Source: a virus
Taxonomy: Duplodnaviria > Caudoviricetes
Direction: 5' to 3' (one strand)
IMG/VR virus record: IMGVR_UViG_3300006056_000027
Location: 32,001-96,000 of that record
DNA: 64,000 nucleotides
Numbering within the stretch: position 1 is the first letter of the stretch; each line of letters opens with the position of its first letter. Positions 26,137 to 36,517 of the stretch are shown one piece after another. The position numbers were made by a program, and so were the translations under genes. The notes under the pieces were generated by a model. The model saw nothing but the letters and a program-made list of their open reading frames with translations. It searched no databases and was not told where the DNA came from.

Positions 26137-28374
26137 GTGATAACAAAATTAAAGAAAAGAAATGGTACTGTTCAGGATTTTAATCCAGACAAATTAAATA
26201 AGTGGGCTGAATGGGCTGCTAATCTTAATGTGGAGTGGGCATCGGTTGCCCTTGGCGCTTATAAGAAGTGCTACGACGGGTGTACGTCAGCCGAATTGCA
26301 GGACGCAATGATTTCAGAGTGCCTTGATAGAGAAGACACTCCACATTTAAAGATGGCTGGTAGACTTTATGTTGGCAATATTTATAAAAATGCTTTCGGG
26401 CATCAAGATAATATTCCTACATTAAAAGAAATGTATTACAGAATGCATCTCCAAGGTCTTTGGGCCAATATGAGATATTCTGATGCCGAACTTGATGAGC
26501 TTGAAAGTGTTATTGATCACAGTTTAGATTTGAATTGTGTTCATTCAGAAGTTAAACAGTTAGCTACTAAGTATACTGCTTCTGATAAAACTACTGGCAA
26601 GATTTTTGAGTCTCCGCAATTTGTTTATATGCGTGTTGCTTTAGGCGTGATGAATATTCAGCCTGCCGAAAGACGTATTCAGGATGTTAAAGAAGCTTAT
26701 TACTTTTTAAGTCGTAAGATATTAAACGCTCCTAGTCCAAATATGCTTCATCTAGGTACTATGCATATGGGATTAGCTTCCTGTTGTATTTATACTGCTG
26801 GAGATAATTTGCCTTCACTGGCTGCTGGTGACCATATAGCTTATATGATGACTGCTGCTTCTGCAGGTATTGGATCTCATTTAATGACTCGTAGTGTTCT
26901 TGATCCAGTCCGTAAAGGCTCGATTAAGCATCAAGGTAAGTTACCCTACTACCGTGTTATTGAGAAGTCTGTATTAGCGAACATGCAAGGTGGAAGAGGT
27001 GGCTCTGCTACCGTTCATTATAATGTTCTTGATCCAGAAATTGAAGATTTGATTCATCTACGTAATCCTACTTCTGTTAATGAAAAGAAAATTAAAGAGC
27101 TAGATTATAGTGTTGGTTATAATTCCTTCTTTGCTAAAAAGGTTGCCAAGAACAAACAGTGGATGAGTATTAGTTATCTATATGCTCAAGACTTATGGCA
27201 TGCAATGTATCAAGGTGATCAATCTGAATTTGAACGCTTATACAAAAAGTATGATGCTGATCCGAATGTTCCAACTAAAAAATATATGTCTGCTCGTAAG
27301 CTGGCATTACGCTTTTTAACTGAAGCTGTTGAAACTGGTCGTCAGTATATTCATGCTATTGATGAGATGAATCGTCATACTCCGTTCTACGATATTATTT
27401 GGTCTTCTAACCTATGTCAGGAAATTGGCTTACCAACCAAAGCATTTAAGAATGTTATGGATGTTTATAGTAAAGACTCTCAAGGTGAAATTGCTTTATG
27501 TAATCTAATGGCTATTTGTTTAGGAAAGGTAACTCCTCAAACCTACGAAAAGGCTGCCTATTACGCATTGTTAATGGTTGATAATGTTATTGAGATTATG
27601 GATTATCCGTTCCCAAGTTTAGAGCGTACTGCTAAAGCTAGACGTTCTGCTGGTATTGGTGTTATGAATCTTGCATATGATATGGCTAATAAAGGTCTTA
27701 CATATGATTGTCAAGCTGGCAAAGATTATATGCACAGACTTGCTGAACAGCATTCCTATTGGCTGCATCGTGCTTCATTGAAGCTTGGTAAAGAAAAAGG
27801 TAATTGTGAATGGACTCATAAGACTAAATATCCTGATGGCTGGCTACCTATAGATACTTATAAGAAATCTGTTGATCAAATTACTTCTCAAAAGAATATG
27901 TTTGATTGGGAGACTTTAAGAATAGAGATTGTAGAAAACAAAGGTCTACGTCATTCTGTATTAGAAGCATTTATGCCTGGAGAGTCTTCAAGTGTTGCTA
28001 GCAATACTACTAATGGGTTGTATCCTATTAGACAAGGTATTGTAATCAAGATGAATGGCACAGAGAAAAATGTGTTCATTGCTCCTGAATGGGAGGAGTT
28101 GAAGTATCAGTATCAATTGGCTTGGGATATTAAAACCAGAGACATGATTGATACCTATGCTATTTGGCAAAAATGGTGTGGTCAAGGTATATCAGCTGAT
28201 CTATATATTAAGTTCTCGGATGCTAATAATCGTAAGGTTAGTGGCAAACAGTTAATTATGGACTTCCTGTATGCTACAGAAAAGGGTCTTAAAACAAGAT
28301 ATTATTATAATAGTGCTACTGGTACTATTGAATCAGAAGAACGTGGTTGTGCAGGAGGTGGTTGCGTGTTGTAA
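26137..28374 (+). CDS. nrdA: Ribonucleotide reductase class Ia, alpha subunit
   Basis: ATP-cone KKRNG, ESPQ, ASCC, SNLCQEI, ALCNL, MPGESSS and C-terminal CAGGGC. Likely GTG start at 26137. Confidence 0.96.
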   Translation: MITKLKKRNGTVQDFNPDKLNKWAEWAANLNVEWASVALGAYKKCYDGCTSAELQDAMISECLDREDTPHLKMAGRLYVGNIYKNAFGHQDNIPTLKEMYYRMHLQGLWANMRYSDAELDELESVIDHSLDLNCVHSEVKQLATKYTASDKTTGKIFESPQFVYMRVALGVMNIQPAERRIQDVKEAYYFLSRKILNAPSPNMLHLGTMHMGLASCCIYTAGDNLPSLAAGDHIAYMMTAASAGIGSHLMTRSVLDPVRKGSIKHQGKLPYYRVIEKSVLANMQGGRGGSATVHYNVLDPEIEDLIHLRNPTSVNEKKIKELDYSVGYNSFFAKKVAKNKQWMSISYLYAQDLWHAMYQGDQSEFERLYKKYDADPNVPTKKYMSARKLALRFLTEAVETGRQYIHAIDEMNRHTPFYDIIWSSNLCQEIGLPTKAFKNVMDVYSKDSQGEIALCNLMAICLGKVTPQTYEKAAYYALLMVDNVIEIMDYPFPSLERTAKARRSAGIGVMNLAYDMANKGLTYDCQAGKDYMHRLAEQHSYWLHRASLKLGKEKGNCEWTHKTKYPDGWLPIDTYKKSVDQITSQKNMFDWETLRIEIVENKGLRHSVLEAFMPGESSSVASNTTNGLYPIRQGIVIKMNGTEKNVFIAPEWEELKYQYQLAWDIKTRDMIDTYAIWQKWCGQGISADLYIKFSDANNRKVSGKQLIMDFLYATEKGLKTRYYYNSATGTIESEERGCAGGGCVL

Positions 28375-28391
28375 GACATGTGCTAAATATT

Positions 28392-28952
28392 ATGCCTAAA
28401 GCTAAAAATACTTCACATATAAATTGGTCAGAATATTTTCAATATGATGACTCATCACCTTCACACCTTCGTCATTTACTCTCTAAGGGCGGCATTAAGT
28501 CTGGTTCTGTTGCTGGCTATATACATCATACAGGATACTACATAGTTAAGCTTAATAGTTTCCAATATAGAGTGCATAGAATTATTTGGGAAATGCACAA
28601 TCCTCCTTTAAGTGAGAATGAAAAGGTTGATCATATTGATGGAAACAAGTTAAATAATAAAATATCTAATCTTAGAGCTGTTTCGGAAACTTTAAACATT
28701 AGAAATGGTAGAATGCGTAATACTAATACTACTGGAGTTACTGGTGTTTCTGTCAATATGTTTAAAGAATATAAATATTATATGGCACATTCTGTTAATT
28801 TGAATGGCAAACAGAAATCTGTTTATTTTTCTGTGTCCAAACTTGGAGAAGAGAAAGCATTTGAAATGGCTTGTAATAAAAGAAAAGAAATGATAGATGC
28901 CCTTAATCTACAAGGTGCAGGCTATACGGAAAGACATGGAGTTGCAGCATAA
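28392..28952 (+). CDS. Free-standing HNH homing endonuclease (HNH plus AP2-like domain)
   Basis: YRVHRIIW, VDHIDGNKLNNKISNL, NTTGVTGV and FSVSKLG.E.AF; lies between nrdA and nrdB. Confidence 0.88.
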   Translation: MPKAKNTSHINWSEYFQYDDSSPSHLRHLLSKGGIKSGSVAGYIHHTGYYIVKLNSFQYRVHRIIWEMHNPPLSENEKVDHIDGNKLNNKISNLRAVSETLNIRNGRMRNTNTTGVTGVSVNMFKEYKYYMAHSVNLNGKQKSVYFSVSKLGEEKAFEMACNKRKEMIDALNLQGAGYTERHGVAA

Positions 28953-30043
28953 TGTCTAGTATTTTTAATATAGATAATGATGAGTGGCGTACTGGAGAGG
29001 GATCATTAATTCTTGGTCAAGCTCCTGGCCTTTACGATAGTATCAATGTGAGACATCCACCTTTGTTTAACTTGTATAAGTTGCAGAAGTCTATGGATTG
29101 GGCTGAAGATGAAATAAGTCTTGAGCAGGCCCGTGTCGATTTGGCCACATGCCCTAAAGCTATTAGGGATATTATGTTAATGAATATTGCATTTCAATGG
29201 CCTACAGATAGCGTTGCTGCTAGATCTGTTGCTCCTTTGTTTGCTCCGTTCATTACTAATTCTGAATTCTGGGCAGGGATGCTTAAGAATTGTGAAATAG
29301 AAGTTTTACATGCCTTAACTTATTCTGAAATTGTAAGACAATGTATTCCTGATCCTACTGAAGCATTTGAACTCATCTTAAAAAATGATGAGGTAATGGT
29401 TCGTCTTGCGCCAGTCCTTAAACACTTTGAGGCATTGGCAAAAGCAGGTGCTGAGTATAATCTTGGTATTAGAAAGAACGATCAAGAAACTTACAATATT
29501 GTTATGACTGCTTTGGTTGCATTATACGTAATGGAACGTTTGCAGTTTATGTCTTCGTTTGCTCATACCTTTGCCGTTGTTGAACAGGGTTATGCTTTAC
29601 CTATTGGCAAGTACGTACAAAAGATTATGCTTGATGAGTTAACTTGTCATTCTGAACTTATACGTACTGCTTTAGAGATTGAGTTTAAAACTGCTCGTGG
29701 TCAGATCTTCTTAGAACAATGTCGTGATATAATTGATAGCATCTTTTATACAATCAGGCAATGTGAATATGATTGGAATGCTCACACCTTCAGCGAAGGT
29801 CGATCTATTGTTGGCTTAAATGAAAATCTTGCCAATGGTTGGTCTGATCATAATGCTTATTTTGTTGCAGTAGTTTTACGTATTGATTTTCCATTCGTTC
29901 CTAATCCATTAAAATATATGGACAACTGGATTGATATTGATAAAATACAAAATGCTCAACAAGAAGAGTCTGGTAATAACTATGCTCTTAATTCCGTCGT
30001 AGATGATATGACTGAAGATGAAATCTTTGCATTTGAAGAATAA
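28952..30043 (+). CDS. nrdB: Ribonucleotide reductase class Ia, beta subunit
   Basis: W..DEI, DSVAAR, EVLHALTY (radical Tyr), ERLQFMSSF, DELTCH and QEEE..NY. Confidence 0.94.
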   Translation: MSSIFNIDNDEWRTGEGSLILGQAPGLYDSINVRHPPLFNLYKLQKSMDWAEDEISLEQARVDLATCPKAIRDIMLMNIAFQWPTDSVAARSVAPLFAPFITNSEFWAGMLKNCEIEVLHALTYSEIVRQCIPDPTEAFELILKNDEVMVRLAPVLKHFEALAKAGAEYNLGIRKNDQETYNIVMTALVALYVMERLQFMSSFAHTFAVVEQGYALPIGKYVQKIMLDELTCHSELIRTALEIEFKTARGQIFLEQCRDIIDSIFYTIRQCEYDWNAHTFSEGRSIVGLNENLANGWSDHNAYFVAVVLRIDFPFVPNPLKYMDNWIDIDKIQNAQQEESGNNYALNSVVDDMTEDEIFAFEE

Positions 30044-30068
30044 CATAAGCTATTAGTAGCTAAAAATT

Positions 30069-30090
30069 AGGGGTGCTTTGCATCCCTTTT
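30069..30090 (+). terminator. Rho-independent terminator after nrdB
   Basis: AGGGGTGC-TTT-GCATCCCT stem followed by a T-run. Confidence 0.72.
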
Positions 30091-30104
30091 GAGTTTTATA
30101 ATTA

Positions 30105-30539
30105 ATGAATAAACAACAAGTCCCAACACAACTAGAATTTGATTTTCAAGATTCTATACATCCATCTGTATCTGATCAGCTTATTAGCCTTAACTTAGGT
30201 GTAGTTAATAATCCAAATATGACGCATACCACTGGTTTTCTTACTACTACTGGTGTCAAGTATGATTCTTCTAAAATAAGATTGTCATTGTATCCTGCTG
30301 AAGCTATGTATAAGATTGCTGAAGTTCTTGAGTTTGGTGCTAAGAAGTATGCTGTTGATAATTGGAAATATGTCCAACCAATTGAAAGATACTTTGATGC
30401 TGCTCTTCGTCATTTGATGGCAATTAAGACTGGCGAATTAAATGATCCAGAAAGTGGGCTAAGTCATTTAGCGCATGCTGGTACATGTATTGCGTTTATG
30501 CTATATCACGAATCTAAAGGTTTAAATCTAAAACTTTAA
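30105..30539 (+). CDS. dATP/dGTP diphosphohydrolase domain protein (DUF5664-like)
   Basis: KYDSSK.RLSL.P, VLEFGAKKY..DNW, AALRHL and DPESGLSHLAHA. Confidence 0.88.
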   Translation: MNKQQVPTQLEFDFQDSIHPSVSDQLISLNLGVVNNPNMTHTTGFLTTTGVKYDSSKIRLSLYPAEAMYKIAEVLEFGAKKYAVDNWKYVQPIERYFDAALRHLMAIKTGELNDPESGLSHLAHAGTCIAFMLYHESKGLNLKL

Positions 30540-30540
30540 T

Positions 30541-30753
30541 ATGTCAGAAGTTCAAATATTAGAAATGGAATATGAAGCTGTAGGTCCTAGTATGGATCTT
30601 GTAAGCTCGTCTTCCTCTTGCTATCTTAACGATGAACAGGCCATGTCCGTAAGGTCTGCCTTTTCAACTATTCAAGTTAGATTTGAGTATGATCCAGTTT
30701 GGGGATATTCAAAGATCATTGCTGTAAATGGAATGTTAGTAAATGTCATATGA
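30541..30753 (+). CDS. Hypothetical protein
   Basis: 70-aa ORF in the chain. Confidence 0.5.
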   Translation: MSEVQILEMEYEAVGPSMDLVSSSSSCYLNDEQAMSVRSAFSTIQVRFEYDPVWGYSKIIAVNGMLVNVI

Positions 30754-30985
30754 TGGTATCTTATGGAAGGATGTTGATCCCGATCTTCATTATGAGTCCA
30801 TAGAAGACGTTCTTATGACGTGCTGTCACATATGTGGTGAGCGTCTTGAATGGGATGTTAAGACTACTTACAACTCATATATGGATGCTCCTACTATAAA
30901 AGGTGAGTCATTCAGTTGTGGTGTTAAGTATATGTTTGAATACGATCATGTCGATTCTTGTTATAAGATAATGGTTTATTACTAA
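30743..30985 (+). CDS. Small Cys-rich hypothetical protein
   Basis: CHICG...SCG; possible Zn ribbon. Confidence 0.55.
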   Translation: MSYDGILWKDVDPDLHYESIEDVLMTCCHICGERLEWDVKTTYNSYMDAPTIKGESFSCGVKYMFEYDHVDSCYKIMVYY

Positions 30986-31756
30986 ATGTCAGAACAATCT
31001 AATCACACAATACTTCCTTACAAAGAAAGGCTTGAGAAATTCAAACTTAAGCAAGAACGTAAGAATAAAAGGGAAGCTCTTAAACTGCTTCCTAAACGTC
31101 CTCGTGGTCGTCCTAAAAAAGAAAAGCCTCCTAAGACTCCTAAGCCTCCAAGAGTTTATCCTCCTAAGAAGCAAAGAAAAGATGGATGCATAATGATATC
31201 TCCCATTTTAAATATTGGCCAGTTTAATAGACTGATCTATAAGACGGTTGATATTATGATGTTTGATAGAGATAAGACTGCTGCGGTAATATGGAATGCT
31301 TATAAGGATTATGAGTATTTGCTACGAAGAGAATTGACTGGATATCAGGACGATACCTTTCATGACATCTTGGTAACTATTAACTATTACCACGACCAAA
31401 ATATTCGTGATCGACTTCATATCGACTGGATAGAAGTATTAGGTATTACTATATGTAAGTGGCTTATAGAGGTTGAGACAAGTTATAAAACTAAAGGCCC
31501 AGGACGTACTGGGTCTAGCTTATATAATTTCTTTCTTCATGCTTTTGCCAGAATATTTCAAAAGTCTTATATAGATTACTGTAGGCTTATGTACAAGGAA
31601 TATGTTCCTCGACTATCTTATGCTCAACGATATGAGTATTTAGACGTAGATGTCGATGAGATTCCTAGTCTTACTAATCCAGCTATATTTGATAATGAGC
31701 TTTTCTATCATATACAAAAACGAATGGAGCCGTTAGGCCCCATTGTTTGCAGTTAG
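30986..31756 (+). CDS. AT-hook-containing putative DNA-binding protein
   Basis: KRPRGRPKK (31094-31120) within a Lys/Pro-rich N-terminus. Confidence 0.6.
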   Translation: MSEQSNHTILPYKERLEKFKLKQERKNKREALKLLPKRPRGRPKKEKPPKTPKPPRVYPPKKQRKDGCIMISPILNIGQFNRLIYKTVDIMMFDRDKTAAVIWNAYKDYEYLLRRELTGYQDDTFHDILVTINYYHDQNIRDRLHIDWIEVLGITICKWLIEVETSYKTKGPGRTGSSLYNFFLHAFARIFQKSYIDYCRLMYKEYVPRLSYAQRYEYLDVDVDEIPSLTNPAIFDNELFYHIQKRMEPLGPIVCS

Positions 31757-32176
31757 TTCTAAGATTTTAATCTTATCTATCAATGGTGCTATTACTACTG
31801 ACATCTCTTCTTTAGAGATTCTGTTCATAAGTGCCTTATTGATATTCTTAATTGATCCATTTATTGCATCAATTGATTCCATGATGCCAATTAGTTTGGC
31901 AACATCCCACGGTTTTAGACCTTCTAATGCCGTACTTGCCAGTTCAATGGATTCATCATTGTAGTCGTAATACACTATAATCTTGGATCCGTTTTCTGGC
32001 ACTTCTGTGGTTTGATAAAACCCATTCCCTATCTCGCTTACTGTTAAACTATGTAAGCTCCTATCTGCTTTATTCTCAAAAGCTACTATGCTTCCATCTA
32101 CAAAGGTTGTAGGTACTTGAAATAAAACTGTTGCGCCGTCTGGTGTCGTATCAGTATAAATTTTATTTACTATCAT
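31733..32176 (-). CDS. Virion-associated protein (beta domain plus C-terminal coil)
   Basis: DG...FQVP..F..GSI.AF.N pattern seen in tail-associated domains; last gene of the - arm. Confidence 0.55.
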   Translation of the reverse strand: MIVNKIYTDTTPDGATVLFQVPTTFVDGSIVAFENKADRSLHSLTVSEIGNGFYQTTEVPENGSKIIVYYDYNDESIELASTALEGLKPWDVAKLIGIMESIDAINGSIKNINKALMNRISKEEMSVVIAPLIDKIKILELTANNGA

Positions 32177-33948
32177 TCTGCTCTCACTATTATTCTAGAA
32201 ATTTCTGGTATTATTAAATTGTTTGTTGACTTCAATGTTCCTCTGATTTGTATTTTATCTACAAATGAATATAGATTATAAAAACAGCAATACACTTCCT
32301 TCACTTCCTTATCCGTACTTATTACTAAGTTATTGTCAGTTCTTTCTAATTTAATATCATTCACTTCAAATAGTTCTTTTCCAAATACAAAATCAACATT
32401 TTCCTCTATTAGCAATTTAATATTATAAGGATACATTGTATCTGTAATTGTTGTTGAGCCAGAAGCTAGTTCTATTGTAATTAGGTTTCCGTTTATACTG
32501 TATGACTTGACTAAGGCTTTGTTAAATAATTTTAAGAAGTCATCTGCCAAGATACCTATCTTTGTTAGCCCTTTTGGAATCGTTACAACTCCAGTGTATT
32601 CTATGTCATTTATATAAATTGTTTTTATGCCAACATCTATCGTCTTTTCGGTATATGAAAGTACATGTGCGGTATAGATATATTCTTCGTATGACCAATC
32701 TTGATTTTTAGTAAAATATCTTGTCTTGTTAGATATTAAGAATGGTTGAGGTATTTCTAGGTTAAATCTATTTCTACCATCTACAAGATCTCTTTCTGCT
32801 ATCTTGATAATCTTATTGTCGAATATCTCTTGGCAATTAATGATTGAGCTCAATCTTCTATTCTTTGTTTTGTTGACAGGCCTGATTGTTTGCCATTCTT
32901 TGTCGTTTACTTTGATTTCATAATTGATGTTGATATTGTTGTCATCGTACATATCTTTAGTATCAATAATAATCTTTGATAGGTTGGCGGCTAAGTCTAT
33001 ACTTTTTGTAGTAAACTTAACTTCCTTCTTTTCAAATTCTGATGATATCTTAATCTGCGTCAATGGAACTTCGTAAACGTATTTGTTTCCGTTCTTGAAT
33101 GATGCATCATCTTTGTATACTATCAATCTAATAAACTGGACTGGTTCTCTTTCTGTTGTGAATGTCGTATCAATGGAAATAGTCTTGCTTGTGATTGTTG
33201 TGTATGTAATTCCATCTTTTGATTTTAGAATCTTTACCACTTCTGGTCCAACAAATACTGGGCATATTGATTCTATATCTGTCTTCTTATTCAGATTGAT
33301 ATCTATAGTAATCTTCTTTTTGCCATTGAATCTTGTTTCACATTTGGCTTTATATGTTCCCGATGCTTCTATAATCGTATCTATGCCAACTATATTCCAG
33401 CCATTACCTGCCTTGTTATAAATGTATCCATACACATCCTGTCCGTTGTCATCAATCTGAACAGACAATGATTCCATTCTTATAGACGATGTATCTATAA
33501 TTTTGTTTGCACCATTGTTCTCAGATGATATCCCAAGTAGCTTGTTTGACATAATAGCTGCTGTCGTATTATCCATGTCGAAAGAATGTGCAGAGATATC
33601 AATTATTTTTGTTATAGATTCATTAGACATATTGGATTCTAATAGTCTTGCTGCTTTTATCTTCTCATACGTAACTGTTCTAATTCTTCTATTCAAAATA
33701 TCAAATGAGCTTTCAATATCTTCTAAAAGATTTTCTGCTCTTTGTGACTTCTCATTAAACTCCATAAAGATAGCCATCATATTGATAACGTATTTGTACA
33801 AATCCAATTCGTTAGCAAATGAAAATGTTGACATATCAATCTCAAACGTAGACTGGATCAAGTCGATCATCTCGTCTACGGTCTTAACTGTAACTGGTGC
33901 ATTTTGTATTCTCACCAAGTTTTCTGCGTTTCTACTTAAAAAATCCAT
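32173..33948 (-). CDS. Putative virion structural protein
   Basis: N-terminal coil then beta-rich domains; ATG 33948 lies next to the upstream stop. Confidence 0.6.
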   Translation of the reverse strand: MDFLSRNAENLVRIQNAPVTVKTVDEMIDLIQSTFEIDMSTFSFANELDLYKYVINMMAIFMEFNEKSQRAENLLEDIESSFDILNRRIRTVTYEKIKAARLLESNMSNESITKIIDISAHSFDMDNTTAAIMSNKLLGISSENNGANKIIDTSSIRMESLSVQIDDNGQDVYGYIYNKAGNGWNIVGIDTIIEASGTYKAKCETRFNGKKKITIDINLNKKTDIESICPVFVGPEVVKILKSKDGITYTTITSKTISIDTTFTTEREPVQFIRLIVYKDDASFKNGNKYVYEVPLTQIKISSEFEKKEVKFTTKSIDLAANLSKIIIDTKDMYDDNNININYEIKVNDKEWQTIRPVNKTKNRRLSSIINCQEIFDNKIIKIAERDLVDGRNRFNLEIPQPFLISNKTRYFTKNQDWSYEEYIYTAHVLSYTEKTIDVGIKTIYINDIEYTGVVTIPKGLTKIGILADDFLKLFNKALVKSYSINGNLITIELASGSTTITDTMYPYNIKLLIEENVDFVFGKELFEVNDIKLERTDNNLVISTDKEVKEVYCCFYNLYSFVDKIQIRGTLKSTNNLIIPEISRIIVRAE

Positions 33949-33949
33949 C

Positions 33950-36517
33950 TTACACCATGTAATAAATATTAATGTCTTTAATGATTGGAGATGACTGTAC
34001 AATTCTTAGACCCTTTTCTTTAGGCTCTAGTTGAATATAGTATTTTCCATCTTCTCCGTTAATGATAATACTACTACCTGTATTTATGTATACGCTGTCA
34101 TCAACTGGTTTAACCGCATTGTATGATGCATAGACTAATGAGTATTGATATGTAATATTTATTCCGCCATCTATTGGCATTTCTGTATATAGAATACCAT
34201 TTGCATAATCTATAGAGAATAGTCCAGATGCATGATATGCGGATATAGAGTCAAATCTAATTTCTGTTTCTACGAATTGAGATGGGAATATATCGGTTGG
34301 AAGCTTAATCTTGTTTCCGTCAATCATATAGTCGCCTTCCTCGATTAGCTCGTCTGAAGAATATACTCTGTTGATAAATAACTCTACTTGTCCATAGAAG
34401 CTGAACTCTGAATTGCTAGCTATCCTATGGCCAAACTGTTCTATGTCTATAACAGTCAAGTTATCAACAACGTCATACTGTCCTAGAATCTTAATAGATG
34501 TGGTGGACTTAATAATAAACTCTTCGCGACCATCCTTGTATTCGACTTCTTTATTCACACTTACAATTGATGCGCCAGAGCTATCTACTACGACTGTTCC
34601 TGGAATGATATTGGTATGACCTAGTTTACATATTCTATTATATTCTGCAGGCGCTAATGATTGAGTGTTCTTCCCTTTCTTTGTAAATGCTAATTTAGCA
34701 CTTTTACTTCCAGTGAAAATCTCTTCATCTTTAATGATTTTATCTGGATGAATAACGAATGCATGGATGTCTTTAGATATGTTTCCTGATCTTACGATCT
34801 TGTTCTTACTAATAGAATATTTATTTACATTTTCTATAACTGGATAGTATTTGTTAAAGTATGTATCTGGGATTGGTTCAAAGAACACGTCGTATAAAGA
34901 CATGATATATTTCCCGCCAACGATAGCAGAGTTAACTGTTGCTATTAAGTCGCCAATAGAATTGTAGATATGGAATATATCTCCGTCTTTAGCTTCGTAA
35001 TTAAATCTATCTATCGAACCAGCAAATCCATTTCTTAGATCGAATGTAAATACGGTATCATTGTATATCGCTCTATAAACGTCATGAGCAACCTTTAGCT
35101 TCAAACATACACTATCAGTGCTTCCAGTTCCAATCGTCTGGTATATCGGCGTAGAGATACCGTAGAATGCTACCTCTTTATCAATGTAATCGTATGCTGT
35201 ATATACTGAATTATTATAGATAGAAACTTTTTCATAGTCGTAGAACACTCTTGTTGGTGTTGTTGACTCTTCTGAAAGAGATAGTTTTTTATTGTCATAC
35301 AATCCATATATTGTTTGTATTCCGTCAAGGCTGTCTTCTGTTTTAATTTTACCAAATGCTTTATCCGCATAGATGTATACGCCCTGAACTTCATAGTCGG
35401 CGTTGTATCCGTAATCTATATAACCATTGATTGTCTCTACGATATTGAATAGTTTTGGTAGCTTTCTAAAATTGATTGTTTCTGATACTGATGAAAGTTC
35501 GAACTTTACATAAAACTTTTTAACTGAATCTGTATTAAAAATTGAATCTTTGTCTACGTTGTTGAAGTTAATTATCTTCTTTGTTTGTGAGATGGAGTTG
35601 GATTGAGATATTGGTAGCCAATTTACTGCATCTACTGAGACAGATGTATTTACATTTTTATAGTGATCGTTTATTACGCTGTATTGTAAAGCTATCTTAA
35701 GAACGTCTAAGTCTGATGTTATTGGGCCGATTATGATATCGCCGTTAGAGAATGTATCAGCACTAATTACATTTATTTTTTTAAAATCTATACGACTAGT
35801 TATTGTTCCGTTTACTAGCTCTGAATCATCTTGTACTAGTGAAATGATTATTTTCTTTGCCATCACTGGCTCTATCAATAATCTAGAATCATCATTTAGA
35901 AGTTGTTTTGACTGAGTGTTAGTATTTTGGAATGTGCACTTACTAAATGTGCCATTGCCACGAATAGCTGTTACTGACTTAATCTTTGGTAAGTTGATAC
36001 CATTATTATTGATGTTGATATCTATTGCAGAAACTAATTCCTCTGCGATAAAAGCTATCTCAATTTCAAGATTCATAAATGGCTTGGTGTTCGTTAATAG
36101 AAGGCCATTGCCGTTTATAAGATCTGCCGTGTCAATGTATTTAGATTTATCAAAGTTGCCATCAAGCTTGATCTCTCTTGTCAGGATAACTTTCTTATCC
36201 TTTTGATCAAGATACATTGTTAAGTCAAATCCATTAAGGACTATATTGTTTGATTGAGATTTAACATTACTCTGAAATGGTGATGCTGTTTTAGCCAATG
36301 CTCCGCCAACAATCACTACGTCTTGTAATTGATTTGCCAAGATTGATAAATTGGATGTTATTAAGTCTGCATATGAAATAGATTTGTCTACAATGGACAG
36401 CATCGTATTATTAGTTTGATTTATGTTTTCAATGGCGTCATTAATACTAAGTCCTGCACTTCTTATATATTCAAGCAGTCCTGTTTTTGTTTTATTACTA
36501 ATCTGCTTTACTATCAT
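33950..36517 (-). CDS. Putative virion structural protein
   Basis: 855 aa, beta-rich, with an FSIDYANGILY-type repeat; structural context. Confidence 0.6.
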   Translation of the reverse strand: MIVKQISNKTKTGLLEYIRSAGLSINDAIENINQTNNTMLSIVDKSISYADLITSNLSILANQLQDVVIVGGALAKTASPFQSNVKSQSNNIVLNGFDLTMYLDQKDKKVILTREIKLDGNFDKSKYIDTADLINGNGLLLTNTKPFMNLEIEIAFIAEELVSAIDININNNGINLPKIKSVTAIRGNGTFSKCTFQNTNTQSKQLLNDDSRLLIEPVMAKKIIISLVQDDSELVNGTITSRIDFKKINVISADTFSNGDIIIGPITSDLDVLKIALQYSVINDHYKNVNTSVSVDAVNWLPISQSNSISQTKKIINFNNVDKDSIFNTDSVKKFYVKFELSSVSETINFRKLPKLFNIVETINGYIDYGYNADYEVQGVYIYADKAFGKIKTEDSLDGIQTIYGLYDNKKLSLSEESTTPTRVFYDYEKVSIYNNSVYTAYDYIDKEVAFYGISTPIYQTIGTGSTDSVCLKLKVAHDVYRAIYNDTVFTFDLRNGFAGSIDRFNYEAKDGDIFHIYNSIGDLIATVNSAIVGGKYIMSLYDVFFEPIPDTYFNKYYPVIENVNKYSISKNKIVRSGNISKDIHAFVIHPDKIIKDEEIFTGSKSAKLAFTKKGKNTQSLAPAEYNRICKLGHTNIIPGTVVVDSSGASIVSVNKEVEYKDGREEFIIKSTTSIKILGQYDVVDNLTVIDIEQFGHRIASNSEFSFYGQVELFINRVYSSDELIEEGDYMIDGNKIKLPTDIFPSQFVETEIRFDSISAYHASGLFSIDYANGILYTEMPIDGGINITYQYSLVYASYNAVKPVDDSVYINTGSSIIINGEDGKYYIQLEPKEKGLRIVQSSPIIKDINIYYMV

